64,000 nt of DNA from an archaeon (GCA_027343665.1 DAHWKL010000001.1:313294-377293), one strand, 5' to 3'. Shown: positions 1 to 9,946, counted from the stretch's first letter. Program-made: numbers and translations. The notes: generated by a model not told the origin, from the sequence alone.

Positions 1-135
1 TTTCAGGCAGTTGCAACAATGAAAGAGATGTTCACAAAGTACAAGAGCAAAAATGACCCGTGGTACCTGCCTGTGAAAAAACTTAACGAAGAGAACTATT
101 ATGAAAAACCTGAGGGGAAGAATAAATCCTGCTGA
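1..135 (+). CDS. C-terminal fragment of an upstream gene (partial at window edge; product unknown)
   Basis: Frame-1 reading frame open from the window edge to TGA at 133-135. Confidence 0.3.
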   Translation, partial: FQAVATMKEMFTKYKSKNDPWYLPVKKLNEENYYEKPEGKNKSC

Positions 136-181
136 AATCACGGACAAAAATACTTAAAAAAGGAGACCTATTTGAATAAAG

Positions 182-910
182 ATGAAACTCAAACTTGAAG
201 ACCCGACACTTTTCACAAAAGCAATAGAACTGATATCAGACCTCGTCCTTGAAGTTAGAATAAAAGTGAATGAGTTCGGCATTTCCATCGTCGCGATAGA
301 TCCGGGAAATATATCTATGGTATCGATGAGGATTCCAAAAAATGCTTTCAAGGAATTTGAGTCAGGAGCTGAAGTTTTAGGCGTGAATCTTGAGAACCTT
401 AAGAAAATCCTGAGAAGAGCATCAAAGACAAGTTCATTGACAATAGAGAAGAAAGAAAATTCCATTGAGATAAAAATAGAGGATAAAATAAACAGGATTT
501 TCACACTGAACCTGATTGAAGTCGAAAGAGAAGACAAAGAATTCCCGGAACATCTTGAATATTCGTCAAAAGTCACTATGAACTCGCAGGACATGATTGA
601 TGCCGTCGAGGATTGCCTTGTCGTTTCTGATGCATGCACTTTGGCAATAAAAGACAAAAAATTTGTGATAGAATCGAAAGAAACAAATTCCGCAAGAACA
701 GAATTCTCGGCAGATGAAGCGGATATAGATGCGGAAGACTGCCGCGCACGTTACAGCCTTGAATACCTGCAGAAATTCATGAAAGCGGGGAAACAGTTTG
801 AAAAAACAACATTGAAATTTGCTGAAGACCATCCGATAAGGGTGGATTTTACTTCTGAACATCTGTCATTGAGTTTTCTTCTGGCGCCGCGAATGGAAAC
901 CGAAGATTAA
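182..910 (+). CDS. pcn: DNA polymerase sliding clamp PCNA
   Basis: 242-aa ORF with archaeal PCNA-like length and sequence character; purine-rich RBS (AGGAGA) upstream of the ATG. Confidence 0.8.
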   Translation: MKLKLEDPTLFTKAIELISDLVLEVRIKVNEFGISIVAIDPGNISMVSMRIPKNAFKEFESGAEVLGVNLENLKKILRRASKTSSLTIEKKENSIEIKIEDKINRIFTLNLIEVEREDKEFPEHLEYSSKVTMNSQDMIDAVEDCLVVSDACTLAIKDKKFVIESKETNSARTEFSADEADIDAEDCRARYSLEYLQKFMKAGKQFEKTTLKFAEDHPIRVDFTSEHLSLSFLLAPRMETED

Positions 911-944
911 GAAAATTTATAAAAATCATTCCCCAGATTAATCT

Positions 945-1883
945 ATGATTCAAAACGGCCTTATTGACTGGATAAATCAAAATCTCAAAAGAGGGATTGA
1001 TACTAAATCTATAGAAGATGAACTTGCGAATTCAGGATGGAAAATAAAAGACATTCGCGACACAATAAAATACGCACAGGAGATAAACCAAAACGAACCT
1101 GAAACAACCTCATTAATGTTCAGTTCAAGAAAAACCTGGGTATATGCTTCACTTCCGGTAATTTTCATTGCTGCAGGAATATTTATCTTCTTTATCCTGA
1201 CAGTCCCCCATGTCCAATATAGTGCAGGCCAGATTTCAAATGGTATCAATGTAAACCTTGCACAGGGGAAAAACACAACTTTTGCGGTGGATAATCAGCA
1301 GCATACAATAGAAGTGAACTCTGTAGGCACGGATTCAGCAATTATTATAATACATAGCAACCCCCTAATTTTAAATCTGACCGTCGGAGAGACACAAGAA
1401 GTGGATCTGAACAGCGATGGGATACCTGATATAATTGTGAAACTTGTCAGCATAAACAATGGAGTGCCAAATATTTACATACAAAAGATCAAAACAGGCT
1501 GTACGGAAAACTGGCAATGCGGCAACTGGAGCGGATGCGAACCCGACGGAAAAGAGATAAGAGAATGCACAGATGTCAATTCATGCGGAACAAACAAGAA
1601 TATCCCCCAAACTGAAAGAATCTGTGGCAGCATCCATACTCAGGCTAATGGGAACTCCGCAATAAACAGGAATTTTTCTTTAAATGCGACGGGGAGCAAT
1701 AAGTCCATTAATTTTTCAGCGAGAGTCAACGCAAGCTTAAACCAAAGCAAGGTTAATATGACAAATTACCTGAACCAAACAGCAAACGTAAACCCTGAAA
1801 AGAGCGCGAATCAAACAAATAATTCCATAAATTCAAAGATGGAAGATAATAATATTTCAAAAAGCGTAAATTCCTCAGGATGA
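945..1883 (+). CDS. membrane-anchored surface protein with cytoplasmic N-domain, single TM, Cys/Trp repeat module and Asn/Ser-rich sequon-dense tail
   Basis: 312-aa ORF; hydrophobic helix around residues 66-88; repeated CxxxWxCxxWSGC...C motifs; C-terminal run of N-x-S/T sequons. Confidence 0.55.
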   Translation: MIQNGLIDWINQNLKRGIDTKSIEDELANSGWKIKDIRDTIKYAQEINQNEPETTSLMFSSRKTWVYASLPVIFIAAGIFIFFILTVPHVQYSAGQISNGINVNLAQGKNTTFAVDNQQHTIEVNSVGTDSAIIIIHSNPLILNLTVGETQEVDLNSDGIPDIIVKLVSINNGVPNIYIQKIKTGCTENWQCGNWSGCEPDGKEIRECTDVNSCGTNKNIPQTERICGSIHTQANGNSAINRNFSLNATGSNKSINFSARVNASLNQSKVNMTNYLNQTANVNPEKSANQTNNSINSKMEDNNISKSVNSSG

Positions 1884-2088
1884 TCATCAGCTCTCAAAAT
1901 TCAACGGATGCAAACGTACTCATCTACGCCCCTGTAAATATCACCTGACCTGTCATAATCAATCTTGAAAAAAGAGAATTCTTTATGATGAAATCAGAAG
2001 ATTAGAATCTCACATCCGTTGAGAATATTCCAATAATATCTTTTCTTTCTATTGAAATATTTATAAATATAAAAATCTTTGAAAAGAA

Positions 2089-2901
2089 ATGAAAGAGGTG
2101 TCCTATAATATTAGCAAAAAGGGCCAGGTGACTATGTTTGTCATAATCGCTCTGGTTATAGTTGTTGCGGGGATCCTCATATATTTCTTTGTTCCCGGGA
2201 TAAAAACAACTTCAATCCAATCACAGGAAGATCCTGTCGCATATTTTCAAAATTGCGTTCAGGGGAATCTGAGTTCAAATGTTCAGACTGTCAGCATGCA
2301 GGGAGGAAGCATGAATCCTTCTTCAAGCATAATGTACTTGGGAAACAGGGTGGCGTATCTTTGCTATAACAGCCAGCCATACGCTGCTTCAGCGACGCAG
2401 ATGTGCATGCCCCAGGTCGCATTTTTAACTTCGCACATAGAACAGGAACTGAAGAAAAGCATGACTTCGACAGTGGAAAATTGCTTTTCAGAGATGCAGC
2501 AGGATTACACCTCAAAAGGATATAATGTAAATCTCCAATTAGGCAACTTCAGTGTTAGTCTCCTTCCTAACAGAATGCTCCTTCACAGCAACACACAACT
2601 TACATTGACGAAAGGCTCTCAGAAATATTACAATTCATTTGATGCGGTTTTGAACAATAATCTTTATGAACTAGCAGGTGTTGCAAGTACAATAGTGGGC
2701 TGGGAGCAGGCTTACGGGGATGCTGACCCTGCTTATTTCATGACATATTATCCGGATCTTGTGATAACGAAGAACATCCAAAGCGACTGGACAAAAGTCT
2801 GGGTGATAAAAGAAGCGAACACAGGAAATGAATTTGAATTCGCAGTAAGGAGCATAAACTGGCCTCTTGGAATCCCAACGCCGTCAAACCAATCATCATG
2901 A
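2089..2901 (+). CDS. pilin-like protein with archaeal class III (prepilin-type) signal peptide
   Basis: N-terminus SKKGQ followed by a ~22-residue hydrophobic helix; 270 aa; stop overlaps the start of the next gene. Confidence 0.5.
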   Translation: MKEVSYNISKKGQVTMFVIIALVIVVAGILIYFFVPGIKTTSIQSQEDPVAYFQNCVQGNLSSNVQTVSMQGGSMNPSSSIMYLGNRVAYLCYNSQPYAASATQMCMPQVAFLTSHIEQELKKSMTSTVENCFSEMQQDYTSKGYNVNLQLGNFSVSLLPNRMLLHSNTQLTLTKGSQKYYNSFDAVLNNNLYELAGVASTIVGWEQAYGDADPAYFMTYYPDLVITKNIQSDWTKVWVIKEANTGNEFEFAVRSINWPLGIPTPSNQSS

Positions 2902-4724
2902 AAAAAAGAGGAATAACAATAATTCTTGCATTTGTCTTAGTCTTTACTTTCCTGATCCTTAATATCCATAACGCTGCAGCCGCAGGTAATGTCTGCTGTG
3001 AAAAATTGAAGACAAATTCCGACGGAAGTGGAGGACAATTTTGCATGATGGCTCCGCAGAGTTCATGCAATCTGAGTGATGGATACCAGTCTGCTCCGAC
3101 TTCATGCGGGGCCACGCAATTTTGCCAGATAGGGACATGCGTTGGGAGTTCTTCCATACCCAGCCAAACGGGACAATGTACTTCTGGCGTAAGCAGGATA
3201 GTTTGCCAAAATGATGGAGGATATTGGGAGTCTCAATCACCTTCACAATTGCAACAATGTCAACTCGGGTGCTGTTACATAGGAACAACCTCCGCACTTT
3301 TCACAACACAAGTGGCATGTAAACAAGAAGCTTCAACGCAAGGAGTGAGCACAAATTGGGACAGTTCAATCACATCAGAATCAACATGTCTTGCAAGTGC
3401 AGGCGGAGATACAAAAGGCGCATGCGTTTATCAGACAGGCGGAGAAAGGACATGCACCATGACCACAAAGACAGGATGCACAAATCTGCAATCAAACGGA
3501 AGTGTTTCTTCACCGATATTTTATCCAAATGATTTATGCTCAAATGAAAATCTTCATACAAACTGCGGACCTTCAAAACTAACAACCTGTGTTCCGGGAC
3601 AAGATGCAGTTTACTTTGTAGACACGTGCGGAAACATTGCAAATGTATATGATGCAAGCAAAGTGAATGACCTTTCATATTGGCAGACAATAATACCTAA
3701 GAGTGAATCATGCGGAAACACCACAAGCAATGCGAACAGCGTTTCATGCGGAAACTGTGACTTTGGACTCGGAAGCACATGCGCACCTTATCAAAGGGGC
3801 ACGGACCCCGTGCAACCAACATACGGAAATTATATATGCAAAAGCCTTAGTTGTAATTACCAAGGAAAAACTTATCAGCAGGGAGAATCATGGTGTGCTC
3901 TCACACCCGGAACAACAACGATAACTGACCAGAACCAAAACGGAAGTTATACTTTTGGCACTTCAAATTCAGCAATACCCAACGATGCAACAACGAACCT
4001 TCCGGGATCAGTGTATGAAAAACTCACATGCATGAACGGACAGGTTACCCCTACTTTCTGCGGTGATGGCCGCCAACAGATATGTGTTCAAGATAGTGTT
4101 CCAACTGCAAATGGCGGAACTTTCAGCAATGCAGCATGTGAACTGAACAAGTGGCAGGATTGTTACAACCAAACAAGCCAGTCTGCCTGCCTTGACAGAT
4201 CAAAGAGAGATTGCCAATGGTTATCAGGAAACTCTCAGGGACTAAATTACACTTACAATTCTCAAAGCACACAAGGAACAACAAAAGGTGCTTGTGCACC
4301 ATTATTTGCGCCGGGATTCGACTTCTACAATGGAAGCGGAAACGGCGACGGAATAAGTGCACTTGGAACAATTGTATGCCAATACAAAGTAACCAAGAGT
4401 ACAGTTGGGGGACGCAGTATAGACAAAGGGAGCGAGTGCGTTTATCTTGATAATGGAGTGATAAAAATATTACCTTCATGGGTTCAAGCAATGAATACAA
4501 GATGCACATTGATAGGAGATAGCGGGCCAAAAGAGAATTATTTAGGTCTGCCAGGGCAGATGCAAATAATTGCTGAAAAAGTCTTCGGCAACAATGTAAC
4601 TGCAGAATATGTCAAGGCAAATGGAAACGGAACAATATTCGATGTGAATGACAAAGGTGTCGGGGCATCATATTCAAGCTGGACTAATTTCGTCAAGAAC
4701 ATAGTTGGAGCACAGATAAGATGA
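2898..4724 (+). CDS. large secreted cysteine-rich protein (608 aa), candidate adhesin
   Basis: N-terminal KKRG + hydrophobic signal/anchor; dozens of Cys across the length; many N-glycosylation sequons; ATGA overlap with upstream and downstream genes. Confidence 0.6.
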   Translation: MKKRGITIILAFVLVFTFLILNIHNAAAAGNVCCEKLKTNSDGSGGQFCMMAPQSSCNLSDGYQSAPTSCGATQFCQIGTCVGSSSIPSQTGQCTSGVSRIVCQNDGGYWESQSPSQLQQCQLGCCYIGTTSALFTTQVACKQEASTQGVSTNWDSSITSESTCLASAGGDTKGACVYQTGGERTCTMTTKTGCTNLQSNGSVSSPIFYPNDLCSNENLHTNCGPSKLTTCVPGQDAVYFVDTCGNIANVYDASKVNDLSYWQTIIPKSESCGNTTSNANSVSCGNCDFGLGSTCAPYQRGTDPVQPTYGNYICKSLSCNYQGKTYQQGESWCALTPGTTTITDQNQNGSYTFGTSNSAIPNDATTNLPGSVYEKLTCMNGQVTPTFCGDGRQQICVQDSVPTANGGTFSNAACELNKWQDCYNQTSQSACLDRSKRDCQWLSGNSQGLNYTYNSQSTQGTTKGACAPLFAPGFDFYNGSGNGDGISALGTIVCQYKVTKSTVGGRSIDKGSECVYLDNGVIKILPSWVQAMNTRCTLIGDSGPKENYLGLPGQMQIIAEKVFGNNVTAEYVKANGNGTIFDVNDKGVGASYSSWTNFVKNIVGAQIR

Positions 4725-7036
4725 AATCACAAACAAAGAAAATAGCACTCACGGAGATAATAATATTGTTAGTCGGAGTTTTCGCATTTGTGTGGCTGAT
4801 AAATGGCGTACCGAGTGTGAGTGCAAGTGGAGGACCAAGCAGTTCAAAACCCTCTTGTCCAGGATTAGAACCTTACTGTTATAATCCTGCAACACAAACC
4901 TGTGCGGGATCATTTAGTCAGAATGATGTAAATTGCCCTGCCCCTTGGTGCTGCTCAGTACAGCCCAAGGCAATACAAACAGGAGGGACATCAGGAGGGA
5001 CAACTAACTCCCCTTTGTCTCCTGTTGAAGGTATGGGATTCACAGTAGGAGGAAATGTTTTGTCTAATTATATTGGAAAGTTTGTGGTTCCACAAACTGC
5101 CCCTGAAACAGCAAAAGAGATAGCAGCGGAGAAGGCAGCTGAAACACCAAAGGTACCTCAAACTACTACAAATGTGCAGCCCAATAGCCCTCCAAGCTTT
5201 TGGTCAAACTTAGGTTCAACAACTGCAGACGTCGCGGCAGCCGCAACATTTGCATATATAGGACATCTTGCATTTACAGCAGCAGCAAAAGGGCTCAAGG
5301 CAAATCAATACTGGACAAATGGACTCAATGCAATTGGAACCGGTCTGGGAGCTGGAGGCGGACTGGCTTTAGGAATGACTCTTTTACCTTCCTCATGGCT
5401 CACTACAATAAGTGCACCTTTTGCCACGCTTTTAGGAGTTAGTTCAGCATTAGGATTGGGAATTGCTGTTGCGGCAGCAGTCGCTATTACATCTTGGCTT
5501 TTCTCAAGCAGTACAATAGAACAAGGAGCTGTCGTCTATTATTGCAACCAATGGCAGCCTGTCCCGGGCGGACAAAATTGTGATTTGTGCAACCATCAAA
5601 CTGTCCCTTGTTCACTTTACCAATGTAAGAGCTTAGGACAATCATGTGCATTCTCACAGAGCAACGCTTCAAATGGAGGAGCATCATTCTGTTATTACCA
5701 AAACCCACATGACATAAATCCTCCGATAATGACTCCCAATACAAATGCTCTAACGCCAGGATTCATTTATCAAAACTCAACTGCAGCTTCACCTCCTGAC
5801 AGAGAGGTCAAGATAATATATACAAACGATCAGGCAGGATGCGTGCCTGCTTTCAGCACAGTGACTTTTGGGGTTAACACAAATGAATATGCTGCTTGCA
5901 AGATAAGTTTCAACAGAACAGATTCTTATGGAAATATGGCGACTTACATAGGAGGAAGCGGGCTTAATTTAAATCACACCCAAGTTCTCAAAATACCTTA
6001 TATAAATACAAGCATAGGCCAATCGAATGTCATATCTGCATATGTAAGATGCCAGGATGCAAATGGAAATGCCGACGTCGGAAATTTCGTATTCCAGATG
6101 TGCGTGCAGAAAGGACCTGATTTAACTCCTCCTGTCATCGACTCAACAAACATCTTGAACAATACTGCCCTTGTTTCAGGGGTGCAGAATGTCAGTGTAA
6201 ATTTCAATGTAAACAAGCCTTCATATTGCAGGTGGTCTTATGACCCTGGAACTGAATATGACAGCATGCAGAACAATATGAGCTGTGTAAATGATACGAC
6301 TCAGTTGAATGGCGTCCTGGATTATACCTGTGCCGCAAATTTAAGTCTTACAAGCACAACGCCCGGGAAGAAAACTTATTTCTATGCCAAATGCCGTGAC
6401 ATGACTCCCACTCAAAACACAAATACTCAGGATTATGTATATGCACTTTCATCTTCACAGCCACTTGTCATAAAGAGTGTTTCACCTAATGCAACAACGA
6501 TATCTAATTCTGGATCTATAACCCCTGTCACAATAACAGCAACAACAATAGGTGGAGTAAACAACGGAAACGCCTCGTGCACTTATATTGACAACAATAA
6601 TCCTTCAGCGGGAGGTGTACCTTTCGCAAACACCCCTTCATATCAAAGTTCAACAACTGTATATGACAGCACAGGAGCACAAAGCTATAACATAACTTGC
6701 ACAGATGATGCCGGAAATTCAGATACAAAGACAATAAATTTCAATGTCAATCTCGACAACACCCCTCCGGTCGTCACAAGGGTATATTATAATAACGGAC
6801 AGATGGAGATAACCACAAACGAACAGGCAATGTGTGAATACATGACGGGGAATAATTGTGATTATTACTTTGGACAGGGAACTAACATATCAAGCTCCAA
6901 CGGAGGGAAAATACATGAGTTCCCATGGAATACTGCAACAGACCTTTCAGTTAAATGTGAAGACGCTTATGGAAATCTCCCTACTGCCGGAACATGCAGC
7001 ATCGTTGTAAGGGCATACGGAAATCAAAGCAGCTAA
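4721..7036 (+). CDS. large cysteine-rich surface protein (771 aa) with N-terminal anchor, Gly/Ala-rich hydrophobic block and repeated beta-rich extracellular domains
   Basis: N-terminal hydrophobic helix; Cys-rich segment; ~100-aa Gly/Ala-rich multi-helix hydrophobic region; two repeats beginning TPPV... with conserved Cys pairs. Confidence 0.6.
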   Translation: MKSQTKKIALTEIIILLVGVFAFVWLINGVPSVSASGGPSSSKPSCPGLEPYCYNPATQTCAGSFSQNDVNCPAPWCCSVQPKAIQTGGTSGGTTNSPLSPVEGMGFTVGGNVLSNYIGKFVVPQTAPETAKEIAAEKAAETPKVPQTTTNVQPNSPPSFWSNLGSTTADVAAAATFAYIGHLAFTAAAKGLKANQYWTNGLNAIGTGLGAGGGLALGMTLLPSSWLTTISAPFATLLGVSSALGLGIAVAAAVAITSWLFSSSTIEQGAVVYYCNQWQPVPGGQNCDLCNHQTVPCSLYQCKSLGQSCAFSQSNASNGGASFCYYQNPHDINPPIMTPNTNALTPGFIYQNSTAASPPDREVKIIYTNDQAGCVPAFSTVTFGVNTNEYAACKISFNRTDSYGNMATYIGGSGLNLNHTQVLKIPYINTSIGQSNVISAYVRCQDANGNADVGNFVFQMCVQKGPDLTPPVIDSTNILNNTALVSGVQNVSVNFNVNKPSYCRWSYDPGTEYDSMQNNMSCVNDTTQLNGVLDYTCAANLSLTSTTPGKKTYFYAKCRDMTPTQNTNTQDYVYALSSSQPLVIKSVSPNATTISNSGSITPVTITATTIGGVNNGNASCTYIDNNNPSAGGVPFANTPSYQSSTTVYDSTGAQSYNITCTDDAGNSDTKTINFNVNLDNTPPVVTRVYYNNGQMEITTNEQAMCEYMTGNNCDYYFGQGTNISSSNGGKIHEFPWNTATDLSVKCEDAYGNLPTAGTCSIVVRAYGNQSS

Positions 7037-7155
7037 ATTCCTTCTCTCTAAAAGTTGTTATAGATCTTATCTGATTATTTTGGCAAATTCAAAAACATGA
7101 CTTGCCCAGATCAAATTTTCCATAAATTTAAAAATTAAAATACACTGAAGAGGAT

Positions 7156-7578
7156 ATGGATAAAAAAAGAGGGCAGCTGAATCTGTCTTTCGGGATGATA
7201 TTCTCGATAATACTCATCATCGTATTTTTAGGAGCAGCGTTTTATGCAATACAGCAGTTCTTATCTTTCCAAAGCAACCTCCAGACGCAGAAATTCTACA
7301 GCTCACTCCAGTCTGATGTGAACACTGCATGGACAAGCACAGAAGCTTCAACTCCTGCGACTTACATTGTCCCTTCTGGTGTAAAACAAGTATGCTTCAC
7401 AAATAATCAGAACGGAAATGTGTACTTTGTGGAAAAGATCCCTCAACTCGGGCAATACATTGATCACCTGAATATAACGAAAGATTATTGCGAGAATGTA
7501 ACAAATGGAAAAGTGCAATTTTTGATTCAAAAAAATTTCGGCGAACCTCTTGTGAACGTCAGACCGGTGGGAGCTTAA
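7156..7578 (+). CDS. type IV pilin-like protein (class III signal peptide)
   Basis: N-terminus MDKKRGQ followed by a hydrophobic helix, matching the archaeal [KR]G[Q] prepilin pattern; 140 aa. Confidence 0.6.
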   Translation: MDKKRGQLNLSFGMIFSIILIIVFLGAAFYAIQQFLSFQSNLQTQKFYSSLQSDVNTAWTSTEASTPATYIVPSGVKQVCFTNNQNGNVYFVEKIPQLGQYIDHLNITKDYCENVTNGKVQFLIQKNFGEPLVNVRPVGA

Positions 7579-7589
7579 GCTTCTGAAAA

Positions 7590-8537
7590 ATGCCAAAGAA
7601 AAAAACCTATGCAAAAAAAATAAGCTTCAGGAAAAAAGGATTTCTTGATCTGCCGTTTTCATGGATTTTCGCTTTAATCGTCGGAGCGATAATACTTTTT
7701 GGAGCAATATACTTTGCGACAAGAGCATCCAACGTTGCAAGCACAGCTTCATCAGCTCAGGCAGGGGCTTCACTTGTCAATCTCCTTTCCCCACTTGAAA
7801 ACGGGGTCGGATCTGCAAATATGATAACAATAACTCTCCCCTTGAATTCAAGAATAGACCATCAGTGCAGTTCGTTCGGAAACTTCGGAAAAGATACGTT
7901 ATCTGTAGATCAGTTCATAAACGGCAAATGGGGCGGAACCGAAGTGAGCATATCTTCACAAAATAAATATATCTTCTCCCCGGTATTTTTCCAGGGAAAA
8001 ACATTCAATGTATTCTCAGAACCATTTAATCTGCCATTCAATGTGGCAGACCTTATGTATATGACAAATGCACAGACCAAATATTGCTTTGTCAACATGC
8101 CTTTGAGTTCAGAAACAGCACTCATGAATTTGAACCAAAATAATTTTGAGTTCAGCACCTGCTCTGGAAACGCTACAAAGATATGCTTCAACTCAAATTC
8201 AAATTGCGATATCAATGTCAACACAAATGCGGGAACAGTAGAAAAAAGCGGATCCATAATGTATTTCGAAGGAGATGCACTCATGTATGCGGCGATATTT
8301 TCGGACAAAAGCATATATGAATGTGAGCTCGGAAGGCTCATGAAAAGAACCTCTTCCCTGACTGATATATATCTGGAAAAAGCCACAATACTCCAAAAAG
8401 AAGGTTGCACCCCCCAGACGAATTTTGCCGGATTCCAGAATTCACTTAATGGCTACAATAGTTCAGAAGATATATTCACTGTTTCAAATTATGCAAACCA
8501 GCTTGAAAACGGAGGTTATCAGTGCAATTTATGGTAG
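7590..8537 (+). CDS. pilin-like protein (class III signal peptide)
   Basis: Basic N-terminus ending RKKGF then a hydrophobic helix; 315 aa; contiguous with neighbouring pilin-like genes. Confidence 0.5.
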   Translation: MPKKKTYAKKISFRKKGFLDLPFSWIFALIVGAIILFGAIYFATRASNVASTASSAQAGASLVNLLSPLENGVGSANMITITLPLNSRIDHQCSSFGNFGKDTLSVDQFINGKWGGTEVSISSQNKYIFSPVFFQGKTFNVFSEPFNLPFNVADLMYMTNAQTKYCFVNMPLSSETALMNLNQNNFEFSTCSGNATKICFNSNSNCDINVNTNAGTVEKSGSIMYFEGDALMYAAIFSDKSIYECELGRLMKRTSSLTDIYLEKATILQKEGCTPQTNFAGFQNSLNGYNSSEDIFTVSNYANQLENGGYQCNLW

Positions 8538-9046
8538 GAAAAAAAGGACAGATAAAAATACAACAAATGATATTTCTAATACTTGGCCTCACAATATTCT
8601 TTGTTATAGCCGGGCTGTTCATCCTTTCAATGCTGCTTTCAGGGCTGAAATCTTCACAAACGATGACAAGCGAACAGCAGGCGACACTTTTGGTGGAAAG
8701 TCTTGCAAACTCCCCTGAATTCGCCTGCGGAAGCACTTTTGGAACCCAAAGGACAGACTGCATAGACATGGACAAAGCATTTGCGTTAAAAGATCAGGCA
8801 ACAAAATATCAGCAATTCTGGGATGTCCAGGGAGTTGAGATTCAAAGACTTTATCCAGAAACAAACTTCAGCATCGAATGCACAAATGAAACTTATCCCA
8901 ATTGCGGACGTATGACAATACTCAACGGGACAAGCGGAACGGAATATTCCGCATATGTATCTCTTTGCAGGAAATACGAATCGGAAAATTCATCTTACAA
9001 TAAATGTGAACTGGGAGAACTTTCAGTGAGGGTTTCAAATGGATAA
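8522..9046 (+). CDS. type IV pilin-like protein (class III signal peptide)
   Basis: N-terminus MVGKKGQ followed by a hydrophobic helix; 174 aa; overlaps the upstream gene. Confidence 0.6.
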   Translation: MQFMVGKKGQIKIQQMIFLILGLTIFFVIAGLFILSMLLSGLKSSQTMTSEQQATLLVESLANSPEFACGSTFGTQRTDCIDMDKAFALKDQATKYQQFWDVQGVEIQRLYPETNFSIECTNETYPNCGRMTILNGTSGTEYSAYVSLCRKYESENSSYNKCELGELSVRVSNG

Positions 9047-9503
9047 AAAAGCACAATCTGAACTTGTGGGATTTGCAATAATAGTCATAATCGTGTCTCT
9101 TATAATCCTTATATTTGTCGCCATTTCCCTTCAGCAGAAACCTGAGACGGTCCAAAGTTACCAAACAGAGTCTTTTGTGCAGTCGATTCTGCAATACACA
9201 ACAACTTGCCAGGAAAACGGAAATTATGAGTCTTATCTTGACCTTATAGAACTTTGCGGGCAGGGAGGAACATGTGATAATGGAACAAGCGCATGCAGTT
9301 CTTTGAAGTCAATCTCTAAAAGTCTTTTAGACAGCTCATGGCAGACCGGAAGTAAATACCCTGTCAAAGGTTACCAGTTTCTTATAAATTATGCTGGAAA
9401 TTATATAATAAACGAAACCAAAGGGAACCTTACGCTGCAAAGCAAAGGCTCAAACCAAGTTTTCAATGGGAACTTACAGATAACTTTCAAAGCATATTAT
9501 TAA
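9039..9503 (+). CDS. type IV pilin-like protein (class III signal peptide)
   Basis: N-terminus MDKKAQ followed by a hydrophobic helix; 154 aa; overlaps the upstream gene. Confidence 0.55.
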   Translation: MDKKAQSELVGFAIIVIIVSLIILIFVAISLQQKPETVQSYQTESFVQSILQYTTTCQENGNYESYLDLIELCGQGGTCDNGTSACSSLKSISKSLLDSSWQTGSKYPVKGYQFLINYAGNYIINETKGNLTLQSKGSNQVFNGNLQITFKAYY

Positions 9504-9841
9504 ATCTTAAGGTGTATAACAACTTCATCAACAACAATTTTGGGTTTATGCCTCTGGCGATTGTTGACCTTTTCTTTCACTATCTCCAAGAAACCGAATC
9601 TCTCAAGAAGCTTGACATCATCAATCACTGCCTTGAAAGGTCTGTCGAGTATTTTTGTGAGATCATAGATAGATGAGGGTTCCTTATATTTCACAACATC
9701 AAGAAGTTTTGCTTTTTCCCTTGAAAGAAGTTTCCTTAATGAAGAGAGGCTCTCAAAGTCATACTTATCCTTTCCCCTTAAGAACCTGAATGTTCCCTCA
9801 GTGTCTTTTATAGTGACCTCTCTTACCCTTATTTTTACCAT
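9500..9841 (-). CDS. putative winged-helix DNA-binding protein
   Basis: 113-aa ORF; central segment fits a helix-turn-helix plus wing pattern; transcribed divergently from the surface-protein gene. Confidence 0.4.
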   Translation of the reverse strand: MVKIRVREVTIKDTEGTFRFLRGKDKYDFESLSSLRKLLSREKAKLLDVVKYKEPSSIYDLTKILDRPFKAVIDDVKLLERFGFLEIVKEKVNNRQRHKPKIVVDEVVIHLKI

Positions 9842-9946
9842 TTTTCAAGCCAAAAAGGTTTGGTTTATAATATATATTATTTTCAGATATATATAGTTTT
9901 CTGAATTCCTCCTTATAGAGGAAGACTTGTAACTTTCATAAAAAGA

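Noticed and set aside
1883-2089. 9-bp inverted repeat CAACGGATG ... CATCCGTTG separated by ~110 nt in the intergenic region after the 945-1883 gene
   Set aside because: There is a single occurrence and the arms are too far apart for a simple terminator hairpin. No recurrence was seen elsewhere in the window, so it is probably fortuitous.
4123-6734. Short ORFs on both strands inside the 608- and 771-aa genes (4123-4530, 4211-4450, 5200-5442, 5487-5744, 5998-6216, 6528-6734)
   Set aside because: They are nested within long, well-supported ORFs and have skewed, repetitive composition.
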